Origin: Caldisericum exile
Lineage (GTDB): Bacteria; Caldisericota; Caldisericia; Caldisericales; Caldisericaceae
Assembly (NCBI GenBank): GCA_020722505.1
Contig: DYKR01000001.1
Location: forward strand, 40,407-104,406
DNA: 64,000 nt
Direction: 5' to 3'
The notes under the pieces are model-generated. The model worked only from the letters and a program-made list of their open reading frames with translations. It was not told where the DNA came from and made no database searches. Positions 1 through 8,716 of this stretch are shown one piece after another. The position numbers and the translations under genes were made by a program. Numbering within the stretch: position 1 is the stretch's first letter; each line of letters starts with the position of its first letter.

Positions 1-12
1 TTAAACTCCTTT

Positions 13-357
13 TCAAATTAATTTGCTAATTGCATCAATTGCATTTGCAATTTCAAACTTTACTAAACCAAGGTTGCTCACATTCTCTGCAAAAACTACA
101 AGGAAACTACCATTCTTTAAAGCCGAAAAGATAATTCTACCCGTGGAACCACTGATGATACTTTCATTAAACTTACCAAACTTTGAAAGACTAAGCAATT
201 CTGATAAATACCCCTTTAAAGAGGATAGAAGATAAGATAATTCAATTGGAGGGTTGTCTAAATTGGAATTCACATACAACAAATTACCTTCGGCATCTAT
301 TAAATAGACTCCTAAAACTCCTGGTAAATCTTTAACCTTAGAAAGAACTTTTTCCAT
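13..357 (-). CDS. Roadblock/LC7 (MglB-like) domain protein
   Basis: 114 aa; 'LPGVLGVYLIDAEGNLL' start and 'NLGLVKFEI' end are typical of roadblock/LC7; SD-like AAGGAG at 5-10 implies a further gene off-window. Confidence 0.8.
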   Translation of the reverse strand: MEKVLSKVKDLPGVLGVYLIDAEGNLLYVNSNLDNPPIELSYLLSSLKGYLSELLSLSKFGKFNESIISGSTGRIIFSALKNGSFLVVFAENVSNLGLVKFEIANAIDAISKLI

Positions 358-713
358 TATTTCATCATCTCCTCTATCTTTGGAACATACTTTTTAAATA
401 ATATCCTAATTTTGCCTAAATTCAACGGTTGTCTTAAAACAGCAAAAAGATAACAATCGTATTTTATTGGCACTCCGAATATCCCATATTTATCAGTTAG
501 AGTATAAAATTCACTTACATTTCCCAAATTTAAATTTCTTATAGAAGTTTCAATCCCATCGCAAATTGAAGCAATCTCAGCACTTACAAGTGCTACCTCA
601 AAATTCTCTTTTGCATAAATTGCAACAGGCAAGCCGTCTCTACCTGTAATCCCAACTACTATTACGTCCACAATCTCTTCACTTAAATTTCGAACGATTC
701 CCTCAAGTTCCAT
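357..713 (-). CDS. Roadblock/LC7 (MglB-like) domain protein
   Basis: 118 aa; 'VGITGRDGLPV' and 'NLGKIR'; SD GGAGG at 720-724; stop overlaps the next start. Confidence 0.8.
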   Translation of the reverse strand: MELEGIVRNLSEEIVDVIVVGITGRDGLPVAIYAKENFEVALVSAEIASICDGIETSIRNLNLGNVSEFYTLTDKYGIFGVPIKYDCYLFAVLRQPLNLGKIRILFKKYVPKIEEMMK

Positions 714-793
714 TAGTTACCTCCAAAAAGGTAATAGCTTCAAAACAATTATACCAAATTTTAAACTAAAACATATTTCTGTATAATATGAGC

Positions 794-1153
794 ATGAAAG
801 GTAAAACACTTGCAAATTTTATCGCAAAAGTTATTGAAGACAAAAAGGGAGAGAACATCAACATCTTTGATGTAAAAAAACTTACAATTATCACTGACTA
901 TTTTGTTATCTGTACAGCAACAGCAGGAGAACATTGTAATGCAATCGCAGATGAAATCGAGGAAAGACTCAAAAAGAAAAAAACTCGACCTATCTCTATC
1001 GATCGAGGAAATGATTCTTCTTGGATTGCAATGGACTATGGAAGTGTTATCGTTCACATAATGACAGAAGAAAAAAGAAACTTTTACAATTTAGAAAACA
1101 TTTGGGAGGAAATAAATCCAAAAATCACACAAAGAAGAAAGATGAAGTCTTGA
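794..1153 (+). CDS. rsfS: Ribosome silencing factor RsfS
   Basis: 'DKKGENI..DV...IITDYFVICTA', 'WIAMDYGSVIVHIM..EKRNFYNLENIW'; start placed at ATG 794, 6 nt after TATAAT 782-787 (ORF track uses 788). Confidence 0.95.
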   Translation: MKGKTLANFIAKVIEDKKGENINIFDVKKLTIITDYFVICTATAGEHCNAIADEIEERLKKKKTRPISIDRGNDSSWIAMDYGSVIVHIMTEEKRNFYNLENIWEEINPKITQRRKMKS

Positions 1154-1177
1154 CAAATTTGTGTAATTTAATATAAT
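1150..1177 (+). promoter_or_regulatory. Sigma70-type promoter of trxB-PDO
   Basis: TTGACA 1150-1155, 16 bp spacer, TATAAT 1172-1177; SD GGAGG before ATG 1214. Confidence 0.8.
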
Positions 1178-1213
1178 ACCTAGGAAGTAATAATTTAAAT
1201 CTTTGGAGGTTGT

Positions 1214-2188
1214 ATGGACGAATTATTCTCTATTCACGAAGTTAAAGAGGAAATACCTGTGGACCTAAACGAAATTTATGACACAGTAATAATTGGTGGT
1301 GGTCCTGCTGGACTCACGGCTGCCATTTATGCAGGAAGATTTCGATTGAAAGCACTTCTTTTTGAAAAATTAGCAATAGGAGGTCAAATCGCCGTAAGTG
1401 AGTTGATTGAAAACTACCCCGGGTTTCCTGACGGCATAAGTGGAAGTGAACTTATCGAACTATTTAAAAAGCAGGCACTGAAATTTGGAACTAAAGTTCT
1501 TCTTACGGATGTAAGAAAAATTGAAAAAATCGGTGATATCTTTTATGTAGAAACTGAATACGGTAGGGTTCGTTCCTGGACAATTATATTTGCAACAGGA
1601 GCAGATCCTGCAAAATTACCAGTTCCAGAAGAAGAAAAATTTAGAGGCAGAGGAATTTCCTACTGTGCAACTTGCGATGCTGCTTTTTTTAAGGATAAAA
1701 CAGTTGCTGTAGTTGGAGGTGGAGACACTGCTTTACACGACGCACTTACCCTATCAAAATTTGCTGAAAAAGTCATAGTAGTCCATAGAAGAAAAGAACT
1801 AAGAGCAACCAAGATACTTCAAGAAGCATGCTTTTCAAATGCCAAAATTTCTTTTGAACTTGAATACATACCAATTCACGTATTGGATGAGAAAAAAGTT
1901 GAAGGATTAGAAATTGAAAATGTAATCACAAAAGAGCATAAAGTCCTTAAGGTTGATGGAGTTTTTGTTGCTATCGGGGAAAAACCAAATACAGAACTTG
2001 TAAAGGGACTTGTGGAAATGGATGAAAGAGGATTTATTAAAACAAATGAAAAAATGGAAACTTTAGTTTCTGGACTATATGCAGTAGGAGATGCAAGAAG
2101 CACTCCGCTAAGACAGGTAATAACAGCCTGTGGTGATGCAGCAATTGCGGCATCAGAGGTTGATAAATATATTAAAAATTTAGGATAA
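1214..2188 (+). CDS. trxB: Thioredoxin-disulfide reductase
   Basis: GGGPAG FAD motif, 'GISYCATCD' active site, GGGDTA NADPH motif. Confidence 0.97.
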   Translation: MDELFSIHEVKEEIPVDLNEIYDTVIIGGGPAGLTAAIYAGRFRLKALLFEKLAIGGQIAVSELIENYPGFPDGISGSELIELFKKQALKFGTKVLLTDVRKIEKIGDIFYVETEYGRVRSWTIIFATGADPAKLPVPEEEKFRGRGISYCATCDAAFFKDKTVAVVGGGDTALHDALTLSKFAEKVIVVHRRKELRATKILQEACFSNAKISFELEYIPIHVLDEKKVEGLEIENVITKEHKVLKVDGVFVAIGEKPNTELVKGLVEMDERGFIKTNEKMETLVSGLYAVGDARSTPLRQVITACGDAAIAASEVDKYIKNLG

Positions 2189-2198
2189 GAGGTGAAAA

Positions 2199-2879
2199 AT
2201 GGAAAGGTTATTAAAAGAAAAAGATGCTCAATACATCAAAGATTTATTTGAAAAGAAATTAGAAGGTGAAGTAACTTTAACGCTTTTTATTGAAACAAAA
2301 GGGCCAAATGTTACTAAATTTAATGAACAGTATCTACCATACACAGAAGAAATAGTAAAAGAAGTAGCTGAACTATCCCCCAAAATAAAAATGAACATAT
2401 ACACCGATGACTTTGAAAAAGAGAAAGAGTATAACATAAAAACTGTTTCTGCTCTTTTCATTGAGGGAAATAAAACAAATAAAAACATCGTCTATTACGG
2501 AATTCCTTCAGGGCATGAGTTTTCTTCTCTACTTGAAGATATTGTAGATGTTTCGAGAGGAAAAACTGAACTTCCAGAAGATATAAAAGGAAAAGTGCAA
2601 AAAATTTCAAGTTCTATTGAAATTCTTGTTTTTGTGACCCCAACATGCCCATATTGTCCAAGAGCAGTTAGAACAGCACATCAATTTGCTTTAGAAAATC
2701 CAAACATCAAAGGAGTTATGGTTGAAGCAAACGAATTCCCAGAATGGTCAGAAAAATACAACGTTTATGCTGTTCCTAAAGTGGTAATTAATGAAGGTAA
2801 GGGAGAATTTGAAGGCGCACTACCAGAAGACGCATTTTTGGAAGCAATTTACGATGCAATTGGAATAAAATTGGTTTAA
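2199..2879 (+). CDS. Protein disulfide oxidoreductase (PDO/glutaredoxin-like, two thioredoxin folds)
   Basis: 'YYGIPSGHEFSSLLEDI', 'FVTPTCPYCPRAV', 'VYAVPKVVIN', 'FEGALPE'; follows trxB. Confidence 0.9.
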   Translation: MERLLKEKDAQYIKDLFEKKLEGEVTLTLFIETKGPNVTKFNEQYLPYTEEIVKEVAELSPKIKMNIYTDDFEKEKEYNIKTVSALFIEGNKTNKNIVYYGIPSGHEFSSLLEDIVDVSRGKTELPEDIKGKVQKISSSIEILVFVTPTCPYCPRAVRTAHQFALENPNIKGVMVEANEFPEWSEKYNVYAVPKVVINEGKGEFEGALPEDAFLEAIYDAIGIKLV

Positions 2880-2902
2880 AGATTTAAATTCCCATAAAAT
2901 AT

Positions 2903-2927
2903 AAAAAGCCCCGCTTAAGCGGGGCTT
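2903..2927 (-). terminator. Rho-independent terminator between convergent PDO and argF
   Basis: Perfect inverted repeat AAGCCCCGC-TTAA-GCGGGGCTT (2906-2927), U-tract on the minus strand. Confidence 0.85.
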
Positions 2928-2945
2928 AAAAACTATTAAGAGCCT

Positions 2946-3878
2946 TTAGATAAGTAACGCAAGAATCGCTTTTTGAATATGTAATCTATTTTCTGCCTGG
3001 TCAAAAACTACTGAGTGAGGACCATCAAGCACTTCGTCTGTAATTTCTTCACCTCTATGAGCAGGAAGGCAGTGCATGACAATTACATCAACTTTTGCAT
3101 GTTTTAAAAGTTCTGAGTTTATTTGATAGGGCCTAAAGATTTCAACTCTTTTTTCATGTTCAGCCTCTTGTCCCATTGAAGCCCAAACATCAGTGTAAAT
3201 AACATCAGCATCTTTTACAGCTTCATACGGGTCGTTTGTGATAAAAATTCGTGAGTTAGAAAACTTAGCAAACGAATTTGCAATTTCCACAACTTCTTTT
3301 GAAGGTTCATACCCTTTTGGAGAAGCAATAGAAACATCTAAACCTAAAATGCTTCCACCAATAAGAAGAGAATTTGCAACGTTATTTCCGTCACCAACAT
3401 AGGCGAGTTTAACACCTTTTAGAGTTCCCTTTTTCTCCTTAATTGTTAAGAAATCGCCTAATGCTTGGCAAGGATGTGAGTAGTCAGAAAGAGCATTTAT
3501 AACAGGAATAGAAGCATTAGCTGCAAGTTCTTTTAGAGTTCTATGTTCATAAACTCGAGCAACAATACCATGAACATATCTTTCAAGGACTTTTGCAGTA
3601 TCAGTTATGGTTTCTCCTCTAATTAATTGCATGTTAGATGTTTCAAGCACAAGTGGAAGTGCGCCAAGTTCATGTATTGCAACAGCAAACGAAATCCTAG
3701 TCCTTGTTGATGGTTTCTCAAATAACACAGCAACAGTTTTCCCGTCCAAAAATTTTTCGTCTTTTCCTGCATAGTGGTCAGTTTTCATCTTTTCAGCTTG
3801 GAAAATGAATTCTTCAAGTTCTTCTCTTGTAAAGTCTTTCAAACACAAAAAGGACCTTCCTCTTAGTTTGGTTGCCAT
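2946..3878 (-). CDS. argF: Ornithine carbamoyltransferase
   Basis: 'FEKPSTRTR', 'HPCQAL', 'MHCLPAHRG', 'QAENRLH'; start ATG 3878 after GGAGG. Confidence 0.97.
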   Translation of the reverse strand: MATKLRGRSFLCLKDFTREELEEFIFQAEKMKTDHYAGKDEKFLDGKTVAVLFEKPSTRTRISFAVAIHELGALPLVLETSNMQLIRGETITDTAKVLERYVHGIVARVYEHRTLKELAANASIPVINALSDYSHPCQALGDFLTIKEKKGTLKGVKLAYVGDGNNVANSLLIGGSILGLDVSIASPKGYEPSKEVVEIANSFAKFSNSRIFITNDPYEAVKDADVIYTDVWASMGQEAEHEKRVEIFRPYQINSELLKHAKVDVIVMHCLPAHRGEEITDEVLDGPHSVVFDQAENRLHIQKAILALLI

Positions 3879-3879
3879 G

Positions 3880-5199
3880 TTATCCTCCAAATTTGTTAGT
3901 TAGTATATCTTTTAAATCAGGCTTCCCAATCTCTTGGAGTTCATATCTAACTCTTACAGCAGGTTTGTTAAGTGTTAAAACTCTTCTTAAATCAATTGGG
4001 GTGCCAATTACAACAACATCGGCAGGAATAGAATTTAAAGTTTCTTCAAGTTCTCTAATTTGAGTTTCACTATAACCCATAGCGGGCAAAACATCTTTAG
4101 TTTGAGAATATTTTTCGTATGTTTGCTCTATAGATCCAACTGCATAGGGAAGTGGAGATATAATTTCGCTTGCGCCGAGTTTTCTTGCTGCAATATAACC
4201 TGCACCATAACTCATCCCGCCATGTGTCAACGTTGGACCATCTTCTACGACAACGACCTTCTTTCCTCTTATGATTTCTCCATTCTCAACAAATAGTGGG
4301 GAGGCTGCGTCAACCAAAATTGCATTTGGATTAAGTTCTCTTGCATGATTTCTGATCAATTCAATTGATTCGAAGTCTGCTGTATCCTCTTTATTAATAA
4401 CTATTACATCTGCACTCCTAAAATTCGTTTCGCCAGGATGGTATTTAAATTCGTGTCCAGCCCTTAATGGATCTGCAACAACAATTTTTAAATCAGATTT
4501 ATAGAATGGGAAATCATTATTACCACCATCCCATACAATAATGTCAGCTTCTTTTTCTGCTTCCCTTAGAATTCTTTCATAGTCTACACCTGAATAGATA
4601 ACTGCTCCAAGGTCAATGTGTGGTTCATACTCTTCTCTTTCCTCAATTGTGCATTTGTATCTATCAAGATCTTCATAAGTTGCAAACCTTTGAACTGCCT
4701 GTTCAACAAGGTTGCCGTAAGGCATAGGGTGTCTTATAGAAACAACTCTTTTACCCATTTCTCTTAGAATTTTTACAACTTTTCTCGTTGTTTGGCTTTT
4801 ACCAGAGCCCGTCCTAACAGCGCAGACAGAAACAACTGGTTTTGTTGATTGAAGCATTGTGCTTTCAGGTCCCATTAACCAAAAATCAGCTCCATTTGCA
4901 AGCACAATTGATGCCTTATGCATAACATACTCATGGGACACATCACTATAGGCAAATACAATTCTATCTACTTTTAACTCCTTTATAAGTTTGGGTAGAT
5001 CTTCTTCCGGATAAATCGGAATACCGTTTGGGTACAGATCTCCTGCAAGCTCATTGGGATAAACTCTACCCTCGATGTTTGGAATTTGAGTTGCAGTAAA
5101 AGCAACTACCTCAAATTCATCTTTCTTTCTAAAAAAGACATTGAAGTTGTGGAAATCCCTTCCAGCAGCTCCCATGATAATAACTCTTACTTTTTCCAT
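3880..5199 (-). CDS. arcE: COG2403 P-loop enzyme (cDPGS-like), probable arginine synthetase ArcE
   Basis: 'IIMGAAGRDFHNFN', P-loop 'RTGSGKSQT', 'RHPMPYG', 'TIEEREEYEPH', 'WDGGNND', 'VEDGPTLTHGGM'; abuts OTC gene. Confidence 0.75.
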   Translation of the reverse strand: MEKVRVIIMGAAGRDFHNFNVFFRKKDEFEVVAFTATQIPNIEGRVYPNELAGDLYPNGIPIYPEEDLPKLIKELKVDRIVFAYSDVSHEYVMHKASIVLANGADFWLMGPESTMLQSTKPVVSVCAVRTGSGKSQTTRKVVKILREMGKRVVSIRHPMPYGNLVEQAVQRFATYEDLDRYKCTIEEREEYEPHIDLGAVIYSGVDYERILREAEKEADIIVWDGGNNDFPFYKSDLKIVVADPLRAGHEFKYHPGETNFRSADVIVINKEDTADFESIELIRNHARELNPNAILVDAASPLFVENGEIIRGKKVVVVEDGPTLTHGGMSYGAGYIAARKLGASEIISPLPYAVGSIEQTYEKYSQTKDVLPAMGYSETQIRELEETLNSIPADVVVIGTPIDLRRVLTLNKPAVRVRYELQEIGKPDLKDILTNKFGG

Positions 5200-5223
5200 C
5201 TTAACACTCCTTTCAAAAATTTT

Positions 5224-5640
5224 CTACTTAACATTATATGTTAAGTTCTCAAAATTTTGAACAATCTTTCGGTAATTATTCTTGAAGTTAAAGAAAGCAA
5301 AAATAACGGTAATAAAAGGATAAATGAAGCTGAGTAAACTTTCCACATACATACCTTTAGAGAGGTAAAAAACACCACAAACAATAAATACAATCCATCT
5401 GAATCTATTTACAAGATAAACAAAGTGCGTGATCTTTAGGTTCAAAAATTTATCTGAGAAAAAACCCCATAAAACATTCAGTAAATAAACTACAAGCAAA
5501 ATGTAATACCACTTTATAAAGAACATTAAAGGTGGCACCAACATTTCAGTAAAATAAAGAGGAAAGTTAGCCCATTCACCTGCCCTACTTTCAATGTAAG
5601 ATTTATTTTTCACTTCTCTAATCTTTGCAAATTCTTTCAT
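5224..5640 (-). CDS. Hypothetical membrane protein
   Basis: 138 aa with several hydrophobic stretches; co-oriented between protease and arcE. Confidence 0.7.
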   Translation of the reverse strand: MKEFAKIREVKNKSYIESRAGEWANFPLYFTEMLVPPLMFFIKWYYILLVVYLLNVLWGFFSDKFLNLKITHFVYLVNRFRWIVFIVCGVFYLSKGMYVESLLSFIYPFITVIFAFFNFKNNYRKIVQNFENLTYNVK

Positions 5641-5649
5641 TCTTAAACC

Positions 5650-7206
5650 TTAGAATCTAATATTATAAACTAGTAAAAATGCAAGTATCTGTAGTATGTA
5701 TTTACTTACAACTTCAGGAGGAGTTGTGTCTATTTCGATTTCTATTGTCTGGGTTAATTCCTTTACAGCCTCAACGATTCTTCCGGCAATAACCTCTGAA
5801 ACTGGTCTTGAAAAAGCCTTCTCTTTACGTATTCTATTGAAAGCTACCGAATAGATGGCATTTTCATCTTTGAAATTTTTCAAGAAAATATCCTCAAGCA
5901 GTTCAAGGGATACTTGGGCAATGTCGTTTTTCTCAGTTTCAGGCATAGGAGGCAGTGCTGCAAGTGCCTGACTTAAAAACTGCCTAATTGCAAGAGAAAC
6001 TTTTTGCACATCATTAACATTCTGTAAGCTTTGTCTCAACGGTTCAACCATAGAGTAAGCTTTGTATACAATAAAAGTAATATAGCCAAGGTAACTATCT
6101 ACGTTCAAAAGACGTTTAATCTGTTCCATTGAAACAACTCTTATTGCTCTCTCCATTCCAGATGTTCCTAAGATATTCAACATCTCCTTAGTAATCACGT
6201 ATAACATATCAAACAGGTCATAACTTTCAGCATAACCAACGTATAAGTTTAAGTTTTTCGCATCTATTCTATCTATCACTTGTCCATGATTTTGAAAATT
6301 CCACACAAGAGTATGGGCAGTTTGTGAAGCAATAACAGACCTCTCTCTTTCTGGCTTATCTTTAAACATATACCTATAGAGGAAATTGTACGCATACTGT
6401 TCACCTGTTGTTAACGCTCTGTAGCACATATTAACAACAGTTGGATTGATCTGTTGAACTATTGGAACTAAATAACTCATAGCAGTATTCATGGCAATAT
6501 CCACTGCATCCTCTTTTTTAATCAACGTGCTTTGGGTAATTCCTTGAGACATTTTCATTGCAAGAGGGAAAAAATCTGTCACAAACTTGCCATAGAGTTG
6601 TAAAAACGGATAATAACCTTCTAATGCAGAAATTTGGAGCTTTTCAATGAGAGGGTGCTCCATCTGCATATCAAGAGGACCAATTTCCGACTGGGCTCCC
6701 ATGATAATCTCATCTGCTGCTAAAGTCATAAGAGTTGCAGCACTCTTCGCAAATAAAGGCACTACTGCTTTTAGCTTTTTGCATCTTGAACGGATAATGT
6801 TCATCATTTGGTAGGCAGGATGTGGATACCCACCATTAGAAAGAACTACCATATCAATTCTTGTCTTTTCAGGTGGAGTTTGAATTTTGTTTAACTGATC
6901 TATTAGATCAAAAACATCATCTCTGTCAATAGGCGCAAATTGGTTGTAAATCATAAAAAGAATATATCTATTCTCTATTTTCTCTTCTTGTGTAAAAGGA
7001 GGAATTGGGGTTTGCAATGGGAGTTGTTCTTTTGTTTCCTTTGATTCACCAACCTCCTCTTCTTCTTTTTGCTCGGCTTCTTTTTGCTCGGTGTCTTTTT
7101 TCTCTTCGTTGTCTTTTAAAGTCCCTTCAAAGTCTTTGTCTTCTCTACCTTCATGGTGCTCAGGTTGTTCATCATTTGAAAAATCGTCTTTTTTACTGAT
7201 GTCCAT
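5650..7206 (-). CDS. SDH-family Clp-fold serine protease with acidic N-tail and C-terminal extension
   Basis: 'LSNGG', 'VPLFAKSAATLMTLAADEIIMG..SEIGPLD', 'HGQVI'; SD GGAGG. Confidence 0.8.
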   Translation of the reverse strand: MDISKKDDFSNDEQPEHHEGREDKDFEGTLKDNEEKKDTEQKEAEQKEEEEVGESKETKEQLPLQTPIPPFTQEEKIENRYILFMIYNQFAPIDRDDVFDLIDQLNKIQTPPEKTRIDMVVLSNGGYPHPAYQMMNIIRSRCKKLKAVVPLFAKSAATLMTLAADEIIMGAQSEIGPLDMQMEHPLIEKLQISALEGYYPFLQLYGKFVTDFFPLAMKMSQGITQSTLIKKEDAVDIAMNTAMSYLVPIVQQINPTVVNMCYRALTTGEQYAYNFLYRYMFKDKPERERSVIASQTAHTLVWNFQNHGQVIDRIDAKNLNLYVGYAESYDLFDMLYVITKEMLNILGTSGMERAIRVVSMEQIKRLLNVDSYLGYITFIVYKAYSMVEPLRQSLQNVNDVQKVSLAIRQFLSQALAALPPMPETEKNDIAQVSLELLEDIFLKNFKDENAIYSVAFNRIRKEKAFSRPVSEVIAGRIVEAVKELTQTIEIEIDTTPPEVVSKYILQILAFLLVYNIRF

Positions 7207-7345
7207 AACATTCTACCTCCCTTCTTAAAGGCCTCTTTTAAATTATACATTTTAAGCAACATTTTGCAAATAAATACGAATTTCTCACAACAGGAGGATA
7301 CTAAAGTTAATAATTTATGTTATAATATGAATAGGGAGGAGAAAA

Positions 7346-8134
7346 ATGAAAATTAGAGAGGCAGCTGCTGCTGGAAGTTTTTATACTAATGATAGAGAAG
7401 AATTAAAGAGTCTCGTTAGAAAATTTGTAGAAAACGCCCCACTTAGAGATTTACCTAATCTTAAAGCCATAATCTCTCCTCATGCTGGCTACATTTATTC
7501 AGGTCCTGTGGCTGGTCATAGCTATAAGCAATTAACGAATATTGACTATTTAAATTATCAAACAGTGCTGATAATTGCACCATCGCACTTTGCATACTTT
7601 AGAGGTGCTTCAGTTGGTCTTTTCGATGCCTATAAAACCCCGTTAGGATTTGTCAAAGTTTCACAAAAAGCAAAAGAGCTTTTATCCCTTGATGACTTCC
7701 ATTTCATACTTGAAGCACACCTTGAAGAACACAGTATAGAAGTCCAATTACCTTTCTTGCAATACATACTTTCAAAATTTGAAATAATACCAATCCTCTA
7801 CAGTGAAACAAACGCAAAAAGTCTAATGAAAGGAATTGAATCTGTTTTGGATGAAAATACTATTATTGTAATAAGCACCGACTTAAGCCACTACCATTCA
7901 TACAACGAGGCTATTAAAATAGACCAACATTGTATAAACGCCGTTAAGAATTTAGACAGCAAACAGTTAAAGAAGTGCGAAGCTTGCGGTAAAATAGGAA
8001 TTGAAGTGGGGATAGAGTTTTCAAAAAAATACAATCTTAAAAGTGAAATCTTATCATATGCAACAAGCGGTGATACGGCAGGTCCAAAGACAAATGTTGT
8101 AGGATACCTCGCTGCAGCTTTCTTTGGAGGTTAA
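7346..8134 (+). CDS. amrB: AmmeMemoRadiSam system protein B (MEMO1 family)
   Basis: 'REAAAAGSFY', 'PHAGYIYSG', 'EHSIEVQLPFLQ', 'STDLSHY', 'VVGY'. Confidence 0.92.
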   Translation: MKIREAAAAGSFYTNDREELKSLVRKFVENAPLRDLPNLKAIISPHAGYIYSGPVAGHSYKQLTNIDYLNYQTVLIIAPSHFAYFRGASVGLFDAYKTPLGFVKVSQKAKELLSLDDFHFILEAHLEEHSIEVQLPFLQYILSKFEIIPILYSETNAKSLMKGIESVLDENTIIVISTDLSHYHSYNEAIKIDQHCINAVKNLDSKQLKKCEACGKIGIEVGIEFSKKYNLKSEILSYATSGDTAGPKTNVVGYLAAAFFGG

Positions 8135-8716
8135 ATGAACAATTCTCAAAAAATTATCCTATTAAAACTCTCAAGAAAAAATATAGAAACTTACATAAAA
8201 GAAAAGAAAAAACTAAAAATCAATAAAATCGATTACAGTGATAGTGAATATTGGGAGGAAAAGGGAACTTTTGTCACTCTAACAGAAAATGGTAATTTAC
8301 GAGGATGTATTGGTTCTATTTATCCAGTAAGACCACTTATCCTTGATGTTATCGATAACTCAATAAATGCTGCTTTTAGAGATCCTAGGTTTTATCCTGT
8401 TGAACTTGAGGAACTTCCTTTAATCGATATAGAAATATCAATTCTTTCGGTTCCAGAAAAAATTAATTTTTCTACTACCGAGGAGTTATTCAATTTAGTT
8501 AAGCCACTAAAACACGGAGTAATTATAAAAAAGGGGTTTTACCAAGCAACATTTCTTCCGCAAGTATGGGAAGAGCTAACTAATCCAATTGATTTCTTTT
8601 CACATCTCTGTTTAAAAGCAGGCTTGCCTAAAAATTGTTTTGAAGAACCAGGCCTTACCGTAGAAATTTACACCGTCGAATCATTTTCAGAAAAAGAGCT
8701 CAATTTAAATCAATAG
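8135..8716 (+). CDS. amrA: AmmeMemoRadiSam system protein A (AMMECR1 family)
   Basis: 'GTFVTL...LRGCIG', 'AAFRDPRF', 'ATFLPQVW', 'LCLKAG'. Confidence 0.92.
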   Translation: MNNSQKIILLKLSRKNIETYIKEKKKLKINKIDYSDSEYWEEKGTFVTLTENGNLRGCIGSIYPVRPLILDVIDNSINAAFRDPRFYPVELEELPLIDIEISILSVPEKINFSTTEELFNLVKPLKHGVIIKKGFYQATFLPQVWEELTNPIDFFSHLCLKAGLPKNCFEEPGLTVEIYTVESFSEKELNLNQ

